A stretch of 64,000 nucleotides of DNA from Eledone cirrhosa (Eukaryota), in NCBI GenBank assembly GCA_964016885.1, contig OZ024740.1, positions 11,408,001 to 11,472,000 on the forward strand, read 5' to 3'. The position numbers were made by a program, and so were the translations under genes. Below the pieces are notes generated by a model. It did no database searches and was not told where the DNA came from. It saw nothing but the letters and a program-made list of their open reading frames with translations. Each line of letters opens with the position of its first letter. Within the stretch, counting starts at the first letter, position 1. This document shows, one piece after another, positions 63,901-64,000 of this stretch.

Positions 63901-64000
63901 TCAGGACTAGTCTGAGTTTAATGATTCTTGCATTTACCCTGTACACTGAGATTACTTTATCTACCCACTTGTCAGCTAATAGTATACCTACACCACCCAT
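60902..64000 (-). mobile_element. RTE/RTEX-like LINE, second subfamily, continuing past the window edge
   Basis: (CAT)n tail at 60902, 3' UTR, long open frame. Confidence 0.93.
61148..64000 (-). CDS. LINE polyprotein: APE endonuclease, RT with PHD-finger insert (N-terminus outside window)
   Basis: SAYAPQ, GDFNGH, QLDFIL, SQH; [14 protein letters not shown]; CSVC..CPKC..HKRC..CSSC. Confidence 0.95.
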   Translation of the reverse strand: MGGVGILLADKWVDKVISVYRVNARIIKLRLVLNKTITTIISAYAPQSGLPDELKDRFYESLIHTTALTDDKDFLIIAGDFNGHVGKHCDGFNRVHGGHGVGTRNEEGFRLLEFCDANDMSICNTNFKKPDNHLITYRSGEHSSQLDFILIRGRDRWTVINTKAFPSEECTSQHSLVVSDLTVRTRRALKQRPTWRRKIWKLKVPSTSNRFKDILLNAYDSKEEQIETFNVEENWEFLKNNLLEATDEVCGWSKTSSRRRVTWWWNNKVDEAVKAKRQAWKEWKNGGSRVHYIETKREARRQVYLARREAEDRKFKHVLQREDQKQEVFKIARQCVRDSCDVIGEKCIRNDKGELALTSAEKKDAWKSHYDRLLNEENAWEEETLPHVDPIEGPAVQVSGSVVSKAIRDMKIGKATGPSGIAAEMLKASGSVGHTITTRIVNQVILEGAIPKDWCSSIIVNCYKGKGDALDRGNYRGIKLMDQVMKVTERVIAQLIRDRVNIDEMQFGFVPGKGTTDALFLVRQLKEKYLAKSKPLYLAFVDLEKAFDRVPRAVIWWALRKLGVDEWLVKAVQAMYRGAVSKVRIGNEYSEEFSVQVGVHQGSVLSPLLFIIVLQAITEEFKTGCPWELLYADDLALIAESMVELENKFQTWKQGLERKGLKVNMTKTKVLISRRENRTQIPSGKWPCSVCRKGVGRNSILCPKCKQWVHKRCSGISGSLIKNVGFTCSSCAETASKQPQETSTTNLWEGPVETVDSFCYLGDRISNGGGCSESTITRVRTGWKKFRELLPLLAAKGFSLRMKGRLYDACIRTAMLHGSETRALKVEDLRRLERNEACMLRWMCNSNIRERQSIKELRERLSIRGIKCCVQERRLRWYGHVMRMKDGSCIKRCRALEVDGNRGVGRPKMTWDEVIKADLTQLHLSKSMTHDRDFWRHAVIQGTRPPMGTC

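Overview
This is an AT-rich, microsatellite-saturated animal genomic window. The (TA)n density and the repeat families suggest an octopus or other cephalopod, but that is inference. I found no confident host gene; almost everything interpretable is retrotransposon-derived. Coding elements: one intact RTE LINE ORF with three C2H2 fingers (56990-60535); a second RTE/RTEX-like family in many copies, with a PHD finger inserted inside its RT domain; three Naiad-type Penelope-like elements (PLEs; RT plus GIY-YIG); and CRE, CR1, Tc1, MITE, SINE and Helitron-like remnants. The signal the ORF track misses is RNA-level. There are at least 14 hand-foldable type I hammerhead ribozymes (HHRs), plus variant-core ones. 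Seven sit in two non-coding tandem arrays with 591-nt and 451-nt units that look like retrozymes (predicted circRNA sources). Many PLE-type insertions share one architecture: two head-to-head arms whose 3' ends point outward into (TA)n. All folding and alignment was done by eye, and element boundaries may be off by a few bases.
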